DNA from: Yuukianura sp. NJ FZ-2021
Taxonomy: Eukaryota
Direction of reading: 5' to 3'
Length of the DNA stretch: 64,000 nucleotides
Assembly: GCA_046563655.1 (NCBI GenBank)
Contig: CM102289.1
Coordinates: 9,982,001 to 10,046,000 of the forward strand
In this document: positions 61,388-64,000 of the stretch, one piece after another
How the letters are laid out: the number at the start of each line of letters is the position of its first letter
Numbering within the stretch: position 1 is the first letter of the stretch
Program-made: the position numbers and the translations under genes
Notes under the pieces: generated by a model
Databases searched by the model: none
What the model saw: only the letters and a program-made list of their open reading frames with translations
What the model was told of the DNA's origin: nothing

Positions 61388-64000
61388 CAATAGATGCAGA
61401 TGAGGCAGATTAATCATGTTATTCCAGTTTCCCATGACCACTAACTGCTCACCCCATTAACATTCAAAGTATTTAAATCATGCTAAATATTCAAGTGGAT
61501 TCAAAACAACAATGAAATGGGGATTATTCAACACTTATTACAACAACGCAGAATCCCAAATCAGCGGGAAGCCACAAATGCTTTCAAACACTCTTCACAA
61601 TTCTTACTAAATGGTGAAATTATTATAAATTATTATAAAGTTACAAGTGGTTCAGTTATTTCAACAACACTTCTCAACTATTCTCAATTTCTCAAGTTTT
61701 AATTGAAAAAGAACAAGTTTAGTTATGAAATTACTTTTATATGATCAATTCAAATTGGTTTCACACCACTTTTGAGTGTGGGGCACTTAAGGGCTCCTCT
61801 GTGTGGGAACTGTGCTGGAAGAGGAGTGATAATGGTAAGAGCTTCCTAAAACTTTTATAGTTTGTGTGCTGGAGTTTAAGAACAATGTTGAGCATTGTTT
61901 CCTGCTGAGATTTAATGGAAATAAGAAAGTTTAGTCAGAGAGGGGATTTATGTATTCTTTAGAATAATTTCCAGAGTGGAGATGATGAACCAAGTAGTTT
62001 GTAAACGCTTAAAATCTGCTCTACACTCCGCTTTTAAATTTCAAGAGAAAGGTGAATGGAGTCTTAGTCTTTTGGAGAAAGAGTGACACTGACTAAAACA
62101 TTGACGTCTTTAACATTTTTACGACACTTCTCCTCATGAAACAAAACACAACCTACTCAAAAAGTTACTAAACTTCTCAAAACACGCCCTCCGCTTTTTC
62201 TAAATTAATCAAAACACTAAAATTCTCCTCTTCCCAAGAGCTTCCTTTTGGAATAAATTCTTGGAGAAAGCGGAACAGTTTTTACTACTTTCCCTTCATT
62301 TTTACGACCAACTCTTCCGTTTTTTCTGAAGATTCGCAAAACCCTTTGGTATGAAGAGGCATTTTTCCGTAAAAACTTGGGTTTTAAGTTGATTACAATG
62401 GATTCTAGCCAACTTTCACCAAATCCTCTGCTTTTTATATTTTCTCCAGATTTTTCCATTTACGCAAGCACTAAAATATTTAACCCTACTAATTTCTTTT
62501 TCCAATACACCATAACCTTAGTCTATTAAAAACTGCAACTCATTTACAACCTTAAATAGCTTGACTTTTTTGAGTAGTTTTGTATTTTGGTGAAAGTTGG
62601 AGGGTTTGCAAACGGTCCCCAGAGAAAGTTAAAGTCTGATGCTGTTGATGATTTTGATTTGTAAGATTAGAATTGGACGTTTTTGTGTTTCCTTTGAAGT
62701 GCTGTTATTTGAGGTCTCTGAGGAGGAAGAGGTCAAAGGGCATTTGGATCCCTTTGAATTCTATTATCCTCCTAATACTTCCTATTATCCTGCCCTTCAA
62801 GGGCCCCAGGCAAAACATACTCAAAGCGGATGGGGGTGACTTTACCAAAAACGTCTCAAAACTTAAGTCATTTGAGTTTTCCAGGAGAAAGCAGTCTTTT
62901 GTTTAATTGAATCATCCGAGGACTTTCTTCCATCAACATTGATGCAAATTGAACTTCTGGATTTTTCCAAAATACGTTTCCTTTTATGTAGTGATTAAAA
63001 AGCATTAATTGGGACAAAGTGACTACTTGAGTGGAAAATTATGTCTCCAGGCAGGTTTTTAACATTATGGACCAACTTTAGAGTTTGGGGGGCAACAGAG
63101 TCAGTTCTTGACTAAAAAGTAGCCACAAAGTACTTGGACACAAATTAGTTTTGGTAGCCCCAGGTACAGAAACTAGTTTCCACTCCTCCTTCCAGGAACA
63201 GCCTCCGTGACTGAGTGTCCGAGGTCAACAAGGTCAACTCCAACTCCCACAACAATCCACATCCACAGTCCAAGGAGCCCTTACTCTCTTTCAACAATGG
63301 AAATCGAATTAGAGAGTACCCTTAAGTCTCCCTCCAGATCACATCACAAGGCCCTGTCATCTTCCAATATTTTATTAAGAACAACCATTGTGCCCTTCAC
63401 TTCTCTACATCCTACCACCAACTGGGAATTAAAGGGGAGCCCTTGAAGTCTTTTCAGTTCAAGTTTCCCCCACTTCATTTCCATAACAAAAGTAGTGATG
63501 TCACCTTCTCAAATCAACGTTCGATCCTACAATATCTTTTGTCTCATTTTAAAAACCATCACTCCGTTTCTTAAAAGTGAGAAAAGAGTGAGCGTCCTTA
63601 AGGGCTCCCTTTCAAACGATTGTCATCATCAGGATTATCATCATCCACCCTCCTTCCAAAACACATCTCAGATCGGAGCCCTCCACGGCGGGGGAGGGTG
63701 GGCCCTTAAGGGCCTGCTCTCGGGAGATCATTTTGTCATTTGAATGTTGTTGCACAATGCCTACCGCAACACCTTATTAAAACCAACAGGAGTCAAACCA
63801 CGCTTTTTAGTTCCACCAAGCTTAACTTTCTCTTTTGCATAACTTTTTTTCATCTTTACTTTTACATTTTGATAGCTGGAAGCACAAGTTATTGTAAAAA
63901 CGTAAGAAATGCCTGGAGTTGTGTATGAAGTTCCTGTTTTTGAAATTTAAAATTCAATTTTGCGTCAAAGAAAGAATAACAGAAGCGGAAACCTGTCGAT

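Overview
AT-rich eukaryotic genomic DNA with compact genes and mostly 50-110 nt GT-AG introns. It is most likely from an arthropod (TATA+TCAGT initiators, TTAGG-type repeat, arthropod-style HAP2 tail); a springtail-like hexapod is only a guess. Most entries in the six-frame ORF track are spurious or are single exons. Manual splicing gives seven intact genes: (1) a 77-aa secreted six-cysteine peptide (11918-12226, +); (2) a WS/DGAT-family acyltransferase whose HHxxxDG motif is split by an intron (12359-14110, -); (3) a 61-aa secreted Gly/Tyr/Trp-rich peptide (21408-21707, -); (4) a 13-exon, ~863-aa HAP2/GCS1 gamete-fusogen gene (24541-28220, -); (5) a 350-aa secreted Ser/Gly/Trp repeat protein (34347-35624, +); (6) an ABHD12-like serine hydrolase (50947-52640, -); (7) a divergent SLC16/MCT-like MFS transporter (58369-60448, +). 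Mobile DNA comprises a 269-bp foldback MITE with an 8-bp TSD and a (CCTAA)n core inside a HAP2 intron, and a DINE-1/pearl-like (HINE) element 15 bp past the ABHD12 stop. Long non-coding tracts carry a recurrent AAGGGCCCTT/CCCTTAAGGG palindromic motif. All gene models were built by eye without database searches or RNA data.
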